From Proteromonas lacertae (Eukaryota), in NCBI GenBank assembly GCA_002245135.1, contig NGBS01000003.1:124001-188000 (forward strand): 64,000 bases of DNA, read 5' to 3'. The notes under the pieces were generated by a model. That model saw only the letters and a list, made by a program, of their open reading frames with translations. It did not search any database and was not told the DNA's origin. The stretch's first letter is position 1. The number at the start of each line of letters is the position of its first letter. The translations under genes were made by a program, and so were the position numbers. Shown here in pieces: positions 23,424-38,253 of this stretch.

Positions 23424-24632
23424 ATGTTTTTCAAGTTGAATTTGAGATATTTTTCAACAATAAATCTTGTAAAGGACGCATGTTGCAATATTACACCAAG
23501 TATTGAAGAAAAAATACCAAGACAGTTGTTTCTTCAAAATCATCATCCATTATATATCCTAAAAGAGACTGTGTTTGATCATTTCAGACAAAACAATGCA
23601 TTTAAAAACAATATACACAATATGTCAAATCCAGTTGTTTCAGTTCATAATTGTTTTGATTTATTATTAACTCCAAATGATCACGAAACAAGATTACCTC
23701 TTAATACATATTACGTAAATAAAAATAATGTATTAAGACCTCATACAACGTATTATTATTGAATATAAAAGTATAGAGCACATCAAGTTGAACTACTGAA
23801 GAAACAAGACAGTTATATAATTTGTGGTGATTGTTATCGTAGAGATACAATAGATGCAACTCATTATCCAGTGTTTCATCAAATAGATGGAGGTAAAATA
23901 ACCAAAATAAAGAATGGAAATAAAGAAAAATGTTTGAATGAAACAGTAGATGATTTAAAATCAACATTGTCAGGATTAGTAACAAAACTATTTGGTAACG
24001 TGAAAACACATTGGGTAGAATCAACATTTCCATTTACAAATCCATCATTTGAATTAGAAATATGGTTTAATAATAAATGGCTAGAGTTGTTAGGATGTGG
24101 GATTATTCAACCAAAAATATTAGAATCTTGTGGTAAAAAAGTATATATATATATAATATACAATTATTATTATTAATAGGATTACATTGGATGGGCATTT
24201 GGAATAGGTTTAGAAAGATTAGCAATGCCATTATTTGATATTCCAGATATAAGATTATTTTGGTCAAAAGATAGTAGATTTTCCAATCAATTTAAGAATA
24301 TCAATCCTCCATTAACACCTTCTAATATTCCAAAGTTTGTTCCGTATAGTAATTACCCTCCTATAATGAGAGATATTAGTTTTTGGGAATGTCCAAATCA
24401 ACCATTTAATGAGAATGATTTGTCAGTGATTATTAGAAATAGGGCTGGCGATTTGTGTGAATCTATTGAGTTGATAGATCATTTTGTACATCCAAAAACT
24501 AAAAAAAGTAGTTATTGTTATAGAATAATGTACAGAAGTATGGATCGAACTTTAACAAACGAAGAAGTGAATGTTATTCAAGAAAAAGTGAGAAATGATA
24601 CTTGTGAAACATTAAAAGTTACTTTAAGGTAA
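23424..24632 (+). CDS. FARS2: Mitochondrial-type monomeric phenylalanyl-tRNA synthetase
   Basis: Two introns; [56 protein letters not shown]-terminal FDX-ACB domain RDISFW...CYRIMYRS. Confidence 0.95.
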
Positions 24633-24751
24633 TTAATTAGTTTCTATTTTGAATTGTTTTATAAATTGTCGAAATAGTAAAAAAACAACAACTATTATAA
24701 GAGCTATAACATTTTTATTATCAAGGAGAATCACTCATTTTATATTTTCTT

Positions 24752-25267
24752 TTACTTTTTACCTTCAAGTGTGTAAGTTAAACCACATTTACCGCAGGTG
24801 TGTCTATTGTGGTGTGTAGCCATGAATACACCAGCACCACATTGTGGACATTCTTGCTTCATTCTTGTGATTTTTCCGTTATTATCTACTTGATAATATC
24901 TTAATACTGCTAACTTAACTTTCTTGTGTACGTGCTTTGTTTTCTTTGGTTTTGTGTATGTCTTCTTCTTCTTTTTACCGGCTTCTAATCTTGATACTAA
25001 TTCAAAAGTGCTTTCTCCATCAACTGAATAATCACCTAAGGTACATTCATCTTCTAATTGTTTTCCAGCAAAAATAAGACGTTGATCTTCACAAGCAATT
25101 CCTATTCATCAAATAATACTTTTTATATCAATACCTTCTTTTGATTGGATCATTCTTTTAACATCTTCTAATGTAGTGAATGATTCTACATCGAGAGTGA
25201 TGGTTTTACCTATTAATATATTAATCTATTGAAAAATACCATCTAAGGCTTTTACAAAAATTTGCAT
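24752..25267 (-). CDS. RPS27A: Ubiquitin-like domain fused to 40S ribosomal protein eS31 (S27a)
   Basis: Absent from the ORF track; two introns; [18 protein letters not shown]...[12 protein letters not shown]...SRLEAG then [12 protein letters not shown]...KLAVLRYY...[24 protein letters not shown]. Confidence 0.95.
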
Positions 25268-25607
25268 TCTTCTCCCTATACAATTATATCATTATTTTTT
25301 CATTAATATATTGATAAATACCTTAAAATAGCTCTTTAGGTAAGATGCAAAGCATACAATGAAAGAAATTAGTTTAGAAGTAAATAGGGTTTTAATATAA
25401 AACTAAAACTAAAAATTGCACTTGTCTAAATTTTTCGAAACCCCAACTGTATAGTGGTTTTGGGGAGGTTTGATTAACAAATATAAATTACATTCGCATG
25501 CGATTGTATGTTATAATTTATTTTTCTCTCTTACTATAAGATCTAATATATATTTTATATAACTTATGAATCCTATATGACCTGTTCTAATATTTTATAG
25601 ATAAGCC

Positions 25608-26324
25608 ATGGTTAAGCACAATAACGTAATCCCAAATGCTCACTTCCATAAAGATTGGAAGCTCCATGTTAAAACATGGTTTGATCAACCAGCTCAACAT
25701 AAAAGAAGACGTTTAGCTAGAGCCACAAAAGCTGCTCATTTAGCTCCAAGACCAGTTAATAGATTACAACCAGCTGTTCACTGTCCAACTCAAAGATATA
25801 ATATGAAAGTAAGATTAGGTAAAGGTTTCACAAGAAAAGAAATAAAAGTATAGATTATAATAATTATTATAATAAATAAATAGGAAGCTGGATTAACTAT
25901 TCAATATGCCAGAAGCATTGGTATTGCTGTTGATACAAGAAGAAGAAATAAGTCATTAGAAGCTGTTCAAGTTAATGTAGATAGATTAAAGAACTATGTA
26001 TCAAAACTTATTGTTTTCCCAAGAGGCAGGTATTATTAATTTATTCATAACTTTGTTATTTATTAATATAGAAACTCAAAACCAAAGAAGGGAGATTCTT
26101 CACAAGAAGAAACCAGCAAAGCTACACAATTCAGAGGACCAATCTTACCAGTATCAAATGATAAGACACAAAAGACTGATTTAATTCCAGTAACTGCTGA
26201 TATGAAGAAGAATCGTGCTTTTGTAACAATCCGTAAAGCAAGAAATGATGCTAAATTGATCGGAATCCGTGCTAAGAAAGCAAAGGAAGCTGCTGAAAAA
26301 GTTGATAAAAAGAAGAAGGAATAA
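25608..26324 (+). CDS. RPL13: 60S ribosomal protein eL13
   Basis: [56 protein letters not shown]; introns 25848..25883 and 26029..26071. Confidence 0.97.
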
Positions 26325-26516
26325 ATATAATACAGAAAATAATAAAATCGCTGCGATTTATGGCTTTAAATGTTGTATTTTATTGGGTTTAAAAGATAAG
26401 ATTATAAACAGTTATGAATATTCTTCTAATCTTTGTTAAATTAATTCTTTCAAAGAAACTTGAAGCAGTTCAAGCTTTTTCATTGATTTTTTCTTCTTTG
26501 TTTTATTCAATAAATA

Positions 26517-27770
26517 ATGAGTACAGAAGCAACTGCAAACCAAGAGAGGGTTGCATTAATTAACGCATACAAAGAAAAAGTAAGAAAACACAAGAGTCTT
26601 GATTCTCAGTATATTTTTACTTTAGATTAATTGTTTTGCATAGATTAAAGAAATTAAGAGGTGAAGAAAAAATAGCGTGTGATGAATATGAATTATCTGA
26701 GAAGCATTTGAAAGCTTTACAGGTATAATTTATTTGTGAATGTTTAAATATAGAGTTGTGGTCAAATGATAGGAGAAGTTCTTCGTCCACTAGATGCAGA
26801 ACGTTTTATAGTAAAATCTTCAATGGGTCCTCGATATATAGTTGGATGTAGAAGAAAAGTAGATAAAAGTCAATTAAAACAAGGTGTAAGAGTAGCACTA
26901 GATATAACAACTTTAACATTAATGCGTATCTTACCACGAGAAGTAGATCCAAGAGTATATGGAATGTTGGATGAATCAAACGATAAAATTAGTTGGAATG
27001 ATATAGGTGGATTAAATGATCAAATCCGTGAAATAAGAGAAGTAGTGGAACTTCCTTTGACAAATCCCGAATTATTCAGAAAAGTAGGTATCAAAGCACC
27101 AAAAGGTGTGTTATTATATGGTCCACCAGGTACAGGTAAGACATTACTAGCAAAAGCATTAGCTTCCAATATGAATGCAACATTTATGAAAATTGTTGCT
27201 AGTTCAATAGTTGATAAGTATATCGGAGAAAGTTCTAGAATGGTTAGAGAAATGTTTACATACGCTAAGAGTCATACACCTTGTGTTATATTTATCGATG
27301 AAATCGATGCTATTGGTGGTAGAAGATTGTCTGAAGGTAATAGTGCAGACCGTGAAGTACAAAGAACATTGATGGAACTGTTGAATCAATTAGATGGATT
27401 TAATGATTTAGTGAGTGTGAAAGTAGTGATGGCAACCAATAGACCTGATATATTAGATCCTGCTTTATTAAGACCTGGTAGATTGGACAGAAAAGTGGAA
27501 ATTCCTTTACCAAATGATCAAGCCAGACTTGATATATTGAAGATACATAGTGCGAGTGTGTCTAAGAAAGGTGATATTGATTTTGATAGTGTTGTGAAAT
27601 TATCCAATGATTTTAATGGTGCGGATTTAAGAAATGTTTGTACTGAAGCTGGTATGTTTGCTATTCGAAACTTTAGAGAATATGTAATTGAAGAAGATTT
27701 TATACAGGCAGCAAGAAAGATAGCTGATAATAAGAAATTAGAAACAAAATTAGATTATTCAAAGATGTAA
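26517..27770 (+). CDS. PSMC6: 26S proteasome regulatory ATPase Rpt4
   Basis: Two 5' introns; [70 protein letters not shown]. Confidence 0.97.
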
Positions 27771-27942
27771 TTCATTTATATAAATATACTATAAAAGATG
27801 TTTTTCTTTCTAATTTTTTAAATCATTACCCAAATATACAAATCATTTTTAAAAATATTATTATAATTATTATTACTTTTTTTATTTTCTTTTTTTATTA
27901 GTTATTTGAGTGAATCATTCAAAATATATTAACATTTTTCAT

Positions 27943-29544
<1,602 letters not shown>

Positions 29545-30287
29545 TCAATTAAATCCAAACGTTCACTTCAGAATGATTTTGAAATTTGGAAGAGATTTGT
29601 ATTTCTAGAACATTTTTATTTTTTTTTGTATAAAAGACAATACTATATACCACAATTTCAATATTGAACAGTTATTCAACACTATTTATAATGTTATGAG
29701 TATATTTTTTTGCATTTTACAAGTCAATCAAAAATAAAAATAAATCACAAGAGAAAAAACATAAACTAGCAATTAATGGCAATACTAGCAAACCTAATAC
29801 ACTTCATACAACCTATAAATGATAAAAAATAAGAATAAAATAAATTGTCTATATCTTTAAGAAATCGTATATCCAGTAAAATAAAATATACAACCGATAA
29901 TAGAATAAGTTACTATATGTCTGTAAAGGAATGTGGTAATACACTTAATCAATAAAAACACAGGACTGTAAGACATATGATAGAGAAAAAATGATTATAA
30001 TTATATATAAATACCTCTAATAAATAATCATTTGCAGTTTATTAGTACACATTTTCATTACTTTCAACACGTTCTTTTTGCATATTCATTTCTCATTATT
30101 TTCTAAATTCAACCCTATAACTTAAACAATCCAATTTTCTGAATCTACTTCAAACATTTTGATTATAAAAATCAACTATAAACAATGTTGAGTGTTCTAA
30201 CAACGAGAATTCAATCATTCAAAAAAAATCTCATCAAATAGATATTTGATTCTGTAGTGTTTTCAAATCTATTTTGAAAGATCAGAA

Positions 30288-31189
30288 ATGGCTTTGAGAA
30301 ACCTTACTAAAATATATAACGACTATAGGGATGAGTATTACAAATCCAGTTCAGGTGGAAGATTAATTGCAGAAGATAGAGAGTATTATTATGGATGTAA
30401 TCTTGTAGTGAATGGCAAGCTCCTAGTGTAGCACCTTTATGGGTTGATGCAGTCGATGAAATTAAGGATAATATGAGCAAAATTGAAGATAATAGTATAA
30501 TTCAGTAATTTCTTATTCTTTTAGTGAAAAAATTAAAGAAGGTATATAACCAAGCAAGTAACTTAAAGAACGTTATGGACGATGATCCAAAGAAAAATGC
30601 TCAACAGGAAGAAATAAATAATTACACAAAGAAAATTAAAAATCTATTCAGAAAGACAGAAGGTCAATTAAAAAGAATATCAAAAGATGGATCAAGTGAT
30701 TCAGGCCAAGAAAAGGCAGTAAAAATGAATATACAAAGATCATTAGCTGGACAGCTTCAAGATCTATCAATGAAATTCAGAAAAGATCAAAGTGACTTTA
30801 TGAATAATTTAAAAAGCTTGAATGAAGGTGCAGGTTCTGATGATGAAGAAATAGATGTTGGTTTTAATGACGATCAAGCAGCACGTTCAGCTGCAATTCA
30901 ACAAGAAGCAATCAGCAGAAAACAAGAAATTGAAAAAATAGCAAAAAGTGTGAATGAATTAGCTGAATTATTCAAAGATTTAGCTACTTTGGTTATTGAT
31001 CAAGGTACATTAATTGATAGAATTGATTACAACTTAGAAGAAGCTGCCAAACAAATGGATAAAGGTGTGGAGCATTTAGTTAAAGCAGAAGAGCATCAAA
31101 AGACAAGTAATAGAATAGTGTATTGTATGGCTTGTCTATTGGTATTTATTGGTGTGTTTATAGTACTGCTAATAGTGAAATGGTCATAG
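30288..31189 (+). CDS. STX16: Syntaxin 16 / Tlg2 (Qa-SNARE)
   Basis: N-peptide MALRNLTKIY, PLWVD, FRKDQS, LFKDLATLVIDQGTLIDRIDYN, C-terminal TM; two introns. Confidence 0.92.
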
Positions 31190-31366
31190 TAAATACTATG
31201 TTTAAATAGAATAAATAAATAAAAATACTCATATCTATATATTCTAGTTGTTTTTTATGGATTTGACAAAATATGGTAATTTTGTGTAATTTTGACATGT
31301 AATCGTTTCTTTTTTTTCTTTTTTGTTTTTCTTTTGATATAATCATTCTATAATCACAATAATAGT

Positions 31367-32892
31367 ATGACTACTCGAAAAAGTATGAAAGGAAAAGGGA
31401 AGAAGAAGGGCCAAGAAGAAGAAGAGCCTGAAGTAGATTATCCAATAGAAGGCTGTGTTATATTAATGCATGATGCTGTTGATGAAAAAGAACTTCTAAG
31501 AAAGATTTTAAAGAATTATAAAGTAAATGTTATTGATGAAATTGAAGTAGCCTTTGATAAAGATAAGGCAAAAGAATTTATTAATAACGATTTAGAAACT
31601 TGGACAATGATTAATGATTACAATTCATCTCCATCAGGAACAGCTGGTAAAAAAGGCAAAGCTAAAAAACCACCTCCCAAGCCAAAACCATCATCAAAAG
31701 GTAAAAAAACTCCCAAAAATAATAAATCAGAATCTAAAGAAGGAGAGGAAGAAGAACAATTAGGCCCAGAGAAGTGTTTAGTTGGTAAAAAAGTAATAGT
31801 TTGGCGAACTGAAGGTGTTGATGTTACTAGAGTCACTAATAATGTTTTTGGACCATATAATCCAGCAGAATGGGCTAAATTAGATCCAGCACCTATTAGA
31901 TCACTTATTAAATCAGATTTTAATGTAACTATCTATGTAAGTAAAGATAATGAAACTTCTACAAAAGATATTAAATATTTCTTTATTCGTATATATATAT
32001 ATATATATATTATTTTAATATATATATATATATAGCTGCTGTAACAGTTCAATTAGAACCAAAGAAGCCAATTCCCAATCCACATCAAGATTATCAAGTA
32101 TATTTAGAAGATGTGATGGACTTTATATTTCCAGCTGAATTAATTCATCCAGATTCTACTTATCGAATGTTTATATATGCTGATATGGGACCTTTCTACT
32201 TTGATGGTAAGATGTATGGAGGAATACAGTATATTATACATTTATATTTTTTTATACAGTGGTCGACATCCTATTAATAACGCTGATATTACTGCATTAA
32301 TAGAATCATTCAAATCTCAAGATATTAAAGATATTTATATGGGAAAACATACAGCTGTAAATATGTTGGAAATGAAACAAATATATGCTAATGCAGATGG
32401 CAGGATTAAATATGATCCACCTTATACACGAGAATATGTATTTTACTTTATATTATTATTATTATTATTTAGATTGAAAGTTTATTTGACAATCTTCCAA
32501 GAAATGCAGATGGTAAATTATCATTTCATGATATACAAAGAGTAATATTAGATGTAAGAGAGGAAAGAATTAGGCAGTTTAAGAAGATGTATCCAGACAT
32601 TGTAGTCAATACTAAAATACCTGAACCACTTACAGACATGCATACTTCTTATAATTTCCCCAAAGTGGATGATATTGCTGTGTTTCATACAACTAGTCAT
32701 TTGTTAACCATTCATGGACATGAAGTAGTTACTTTAGATAAGTATAATGATACAAATGCTATAGCTAATGTGAGATTGTTGAGAGATAATAATGCACCTT
32801 TGAATGTTGGAAGAAAAGCTTTGAATTTTGATACTGTTGCATGTGTGAAAGGACAGCAGAAGGGTTCTTATGTTAATACACATAAATATTAA
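31367..32892 (+). CDS. Protein with a degenerate NDK-like N-terminal domain and an EF-hand-like C-terminal region
   Basis: Three introns; GPYNPAEWAKLDPAPIRSL...TIYVSKDNETSTKDIKYFF aligns by eye with the NDK C-terminus; RNADGKLSFHDI. Confidence 0.55.
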
Positions 32893-33063
32893 TATTTATC
32901 TTAATTTTACATTTCTGTTGTTTTATCTCAATTAAAATAGATCATAATATAAAATGTATTATTTATTTATATTGTAATTCATTATTTAAAGAGTATTTTA
33001 TTTTTAACATATCAAGCCTAGTCAAGTCAAATTATCGTTATAGTTTTTTATTTTTTAAATTAA

Positions 33064-33739
33064 ATGGACCAAGAACGTATAGTTTTGAATATTAATATTT
33101 AGTTGATCAAGAAGAATATGGAGAAGAGTATGGAGACTATTTAAGATCTTCTACTGCTGTATATTTCTTATTTATTATGTATTTAGAAATCAAAGGACGT
33201 TAAAATGACATCGCAACAATACATAAAACAAAGAAATGCGAAAAAAAGACAAGAAGAACAAAGAATGAGAGTATTTTCATAATTCTTATATTTTCTTATA
33301 GGATATGTTGGATAAAGAAAGATTAGAATTAGAAACTAAAACAAAAAAATGGGTTCCAGAAGCTAATTCACTAGCTAAGAGATATTGTCCTGGTTTAGTG
33401 TATGAGAGTAGAGGTGGAGCTAGTAATGAAGATTATTACGAAGAATTTGGAATTGTTGTTAAAAAGGATGGTGAAGTGATGAGAGTAATAGATGCTAGAG
33501 CATTTGTGAGAGAATTTGATAAATTAAAGCAATTAAAATTAAGAGATCAATACAGACCACATACTCTATCACCAATGAAAAAGAACCAAGCTGCTCAAAT
33601 CAAAGCTAAACGTGAGAATAGAAAAGATGTTCAAGATGAATTAAGAGCTTTATTAAAGAATACAACAGAATTAACTAAACAATTAGAAAATCAATTAAAT
33701 GAATTGAAACGAAGAGGATGGAATGTTCCAAACGATTAA
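33064..33739 (+). CDS. Hypothetical protein with coiled-coil ends
   Basis: Three GT-AG introns lead in frame into ORF 33305..33739. Confidence 0.65.
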
Positions 33740-33873
33740 TAGCTTTTCTATGTTTATTTATGTTTAATTCCTTTAAATACTCTTCTTGTTTTTGTTGAGA
33801 AATATATCATTAATACAAACAACAATTTTAAAAATAACAATATAAATAAGGGAAATTAAATAATTAATTATTC

Positions 33874-36354
33874 TCATTCTTTCTTTTCTTCAGGAATAGT
33901 TAATGGGGGTAATGATTTTCTAGAATCTTCAGGATTTTCACCCTTCTTTTCTTCAGCTATAGTAGCAGCAGCTGCAGGAGGTGGAGTATTTAGATTTTGA
34001 TTAGCTAGTGGTTGTGGACGACTGGAAGATTGTTGTGGTTGTTGTAAAGGAGGTGGTTGTCTAATAGGTGGTAATTGATTGGCATTTAATTTTTGTAATT
34101 TTGTTCCATCATATCCAGGAGGAGGTTGAGTTTGCATTGGAGGTATGTTTTTATCTGTACCAACTGCATCTTGTAGTGAAGGAATCATGTATGGTGAATA
34201 TCTACCTGCGAAATGAGTTAAATCTTTACAATAACATAGTATTAATGAATTAATGATGATATTATAAACATTAATAAATGCAGCTGCTATTATATATGAT
34301 AAAATCATCATTATAACTAAAAGAATATAAATATTGTATAATTCCCATTTTCCACCTGATTGATATCTTTTATCATAACTTAACCAAAAATAAGCAAAAA
34401 ATGTTGATAGAGATGCAATTAATAACTTTTGAATAATTGTTAAAGCAACAGAAACACCATTTAATGTACCAATTGTCATTATATTCTTCATTAATAATGT
34501 TTGAGTCATACTAATCGAGTCAAGCAATCCTCTTCCTTCTATACCAACTATAATATAAGCAGATGTTGTTACATATTTCAATATTTCACCACAACAGCAA
34601 ACACATAATCTCAAACAGTTTGAAAACACTGATAAACAACAATTACTATCTCCTTCATACTTTTCTATTGTTTTTGATATATAAACAAGGAAATATCTAA
34701 GAATTTGATAAATTGTGATAAAAACAGCTCCAAATGCTAAAGAACCACTGTGAAAGTATACAGCTGTTAGAAATGACTTCCATACTGGAGTATCTACTTG
34801 AATACTTCTATTTCCTTTAATTAATGGGGTAAAATAATATATTCCAACTGCACAACCGATTGTACAAATCACAACTGCATTTACATATTGAAAAGACCAA
34901 TACCAACCGAATAATTCCAAATAAGATAAATGATAGTTTTTGCTGGATATTTGGATTTTTGCCGTGATATTTGCATCTCTATAAGAATCAGCAGTATCTA
35001 TATATATATATATATATAAAATGAATAAAAAATAAATACTTGTTCTTCCATATGATACTTTCTTTGCATCAGCAGTATATATCAAAGCAATTGAATATAC
35101 AAAAAACAGAGTTAATAATGCTAAACATATAGTAGACATTATTGGAATTCTATTTTGAATAAAAAAATATAATATACATAGATAATGTGGGTAATCTGCT
35201 ATATATTGCACTACTCTCTTCTATTACATGTATTGATGTATTTAATGATTTATAACTATATATATAATAACAATAAATATTAAAATACGTTGCTATGTAT
35301 ATAAGAATCAATAACAGAATTATCACTAACAACACCCATCCAGTTACTTCAAATGCTTTTTCTGTAGATTTCTTTGGTGAAAATACATCATTTAACCATG
35401 TTACAAAATATTGTGTATTTTCTGATGTAGAATTTCCATATTCTCTATTGATGTAATCTATTGGAGCATTTCCAAACAAATCTCCACGATAAAAACAAAA
35501 AAACATTCCAATTATTAACATACAAAGCAAACCATATTGAACAAAATAAATCATACATTTTACAAAATACCTTGTTAAAATAATCAATAGAAAACCAAAT
35601 ACCATAGTAAAAAGACATGTGACACATAATAATACCCATTTACAACTAATTAAATCCATTAAAACTCCACCAATCATTGTACTAAACTGTCTTATAGAAT
35701 GAAACATATAATTATCATTATTCTTACTAACATCTTGTTGGATCGTGATTATTGTTCTATTTGTACGAATACAATTTGGACTATTTGCAGGAACATTTGT
35801 CGGATAATCACAAACAGTTACATCTCGTTTTTCTTCATTAGTTTTGAATAAACATCTTCCAAATATATTCTGTGTGTTTATAGGAACAATCCAACAATGA
35901 TGGCATTTTGGATCTGTTGATCTACTGGTGCAGCCGATTAATTCATATGCTAACGGTAATGTACTATTGGATGCACTATATTCATATGTACAAACTACGC
36001 TATCTTGCCTTGGACAAGATGAAACACAAATCCCAAACAAATCATCCCCATTACTCGTATCTAAACTCATTCTTGGGAAATATAAGTATCTACCTCTACC
36101 ATCTCTACTACATATATTACCATTATAATCAACTCCATAGAACAATCTACTCAGAAATATATATAAATATACACATCTAAATATTTCCTACCTCTAGCTA
36201 TTCCATAAGATAAAATTATAATATAATATATCCAAAATAACAAAAAAATGATTAAACACCAAAAATTAGTGCATTCCCTCTGGAATTTCACTTGTAAATC
36301 ATCATCCACCCTTTTACTTTGAGGTGTAATAAAAGCTCTACTGTAACACATCAA
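33874..36354 (-). CDS. Choline transporter-like protein (CTL/SLC44); start uncertain
   Basis: RECTNFWCLIIF, YGVDYNGNIC, CVSSCP, FHSGSLAFGA, C-rich loop, AYIIVGIEG, LCYCKD; multiple TM segments; several short introns. Confidence 0.9.
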
Positions 36355-36607
36355 TTAACTATAATGGTAGTTTATTTTTTAAAATTATGGTGTGATTTTT
36401 CGTTAGTTTTCAATAACCCATTAAAAATAAAAAATATAACTCTATCTAATCCTATCTCTTAGTAATTTTTATATAGTAACTTTTGTATTACTATTTGCTT
36501 GAAAGTTTAATTTATTATTTGCATTTATTTACTTCTAAGAAAAAAATATGCGTTATAAATTAAGCAAGCCAAACTTTTTTTTTATTTTTTATTTCTTCAT
36601 TTTTAGA

Positions 36608-38080
36608 ATGGATAGTGTAGATCTTGTATAAATAACATATCTGATCTACTTATTATAGAATTATGATTATCAACTGCTGCTTAGCTTTACTAAAAAGATT
36701 AATTACAAAACATTTTCAACTCTTTCTACAGCTCAGTCTGTAACACTTGCCAGATTATGTTATCGTATATTTAAAAATTATTGATAATATTAGTTAATCA
36801 CTATGAAGTGAACAAAATAAAAAAAGCCTATCTACAGCTGTGGAACCAGAGAGACATATCTTATATCACAACAACAGAAGTAATTAAGTCTTTGAATTTG
36901 TCAAACAAAGATTTTTATAACTCCTTCTTTTCATATTGCAGTATTAACATATTATACATTATATATCTATAGATAATTGTATAAGGATGTGTGATTTTTT
37001 CCAATTTGTTATATTGTTTACTGTATATGATAGAAAATCGTTGTTAGGGAGTATTTTTTTTTTAGTTTTTTATTGTTATAATATAAATAGTATTATTAGC
37101 AGCTGCACAAATTCCTGAATATTTTACAATGACAGTTCAACAAATTCATTCATTTTCTAATTTTCTACATATTGATATAACAAGTTATGGAAATATAATT
37201 AAACGTTTTGAACAAGAAAGAGAGTATATATATAATTTATTCATTATATTTATTATTTAGTTCTGTTCAAATCGACACTTTTCTACAGTTTTTATGTGAT
37301 AAAATACCGCTAGCATTAATCGACCAAATATCAACACAACTACAAGAAAATCTACTAGGAATAAAAACATACAAAAACATCAAAGATAGACAGAAGAAAA
37401 TAGACTATATAATGAAATACAAAGAACAACATAACAATGAAAATCCAAGTGAAGGTATTGGTGTAAGAATAAGGCGATACTTTACAGGTGAACCATCACA
37501 ATATCAATATGATTATGTTCCAACTGCTACAGATACTTATACATCAATATTACAATATTATAGAGATCAATATAACATTCCTCGACCAAAAGAATTACCT
37601 CCGTTATATCATCATAATAATAACAACAATGTAGATGGTAATAAAGCTAGTAATAAACTATTATCTGATTTATCTTCTCATTCTCATTCTCGAAGTGATT
37701 ATAATGAAGATGAAATTTCTTTAATAAAAAGAGCTTATGGAAATCGTCCAGCTGAAATTCCTGCTTGTTTTAGAAGTAGTAGTCGATCAAAATACAGTAT
37801 AAATGCTTCTCGTTCTGAATGTGGAAATAGTGAAGAAGAGGAAGAAGATGATAATGATGTTAATAAAAGTCATAATAATAATACTGAAGATGAAGATGGA
37901 ATGAGTTTGATTCAAATGCATCGAAAATCCAGTCACAGTTGTTCAATTTCAGCTTCTTTACATCCTAAAAGTGGTTATAAAAATTCAGTGGAAAAGACTT
38001 GTTGGATGAATGTAAATCCAGTAGTAGTAAAACCCTATTGTCAAGTAAATAATGAGGAAGAAGAAGAAGAAGAAAAATGA
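36608..38080 (+). CDS. Hypothetical protein, paralog of the gene at 53911..55021
   Basis: Five short introns; shares LNHYEVNxIK..(Y/F)L..W and intron positions with the paralog. Confidence 0.65.
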
Positions 38081-38253
38081 AAATAATGTAAATAATCTAT
38101 TAATGTAAATATAAATAGTTTTAAGTTAAAATTGATAGTTTAATATTAGTATATTTTATTTTGATATTGTTTTATTTTGTTTTCACATTGTTTTAAATTG
38201 AAAAAAAAGAAAATGTCAAACTTTTATCAAATTATAACGACTATATTTTTGAA

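Noticed and set aside
29700..30100. Possible small membrane-protein gene or pseudogene on the minus strand
   Set aside because: There are hydrophobic fragments and intron-like segments, but I could not build a consistent spliced frame or recognise a family
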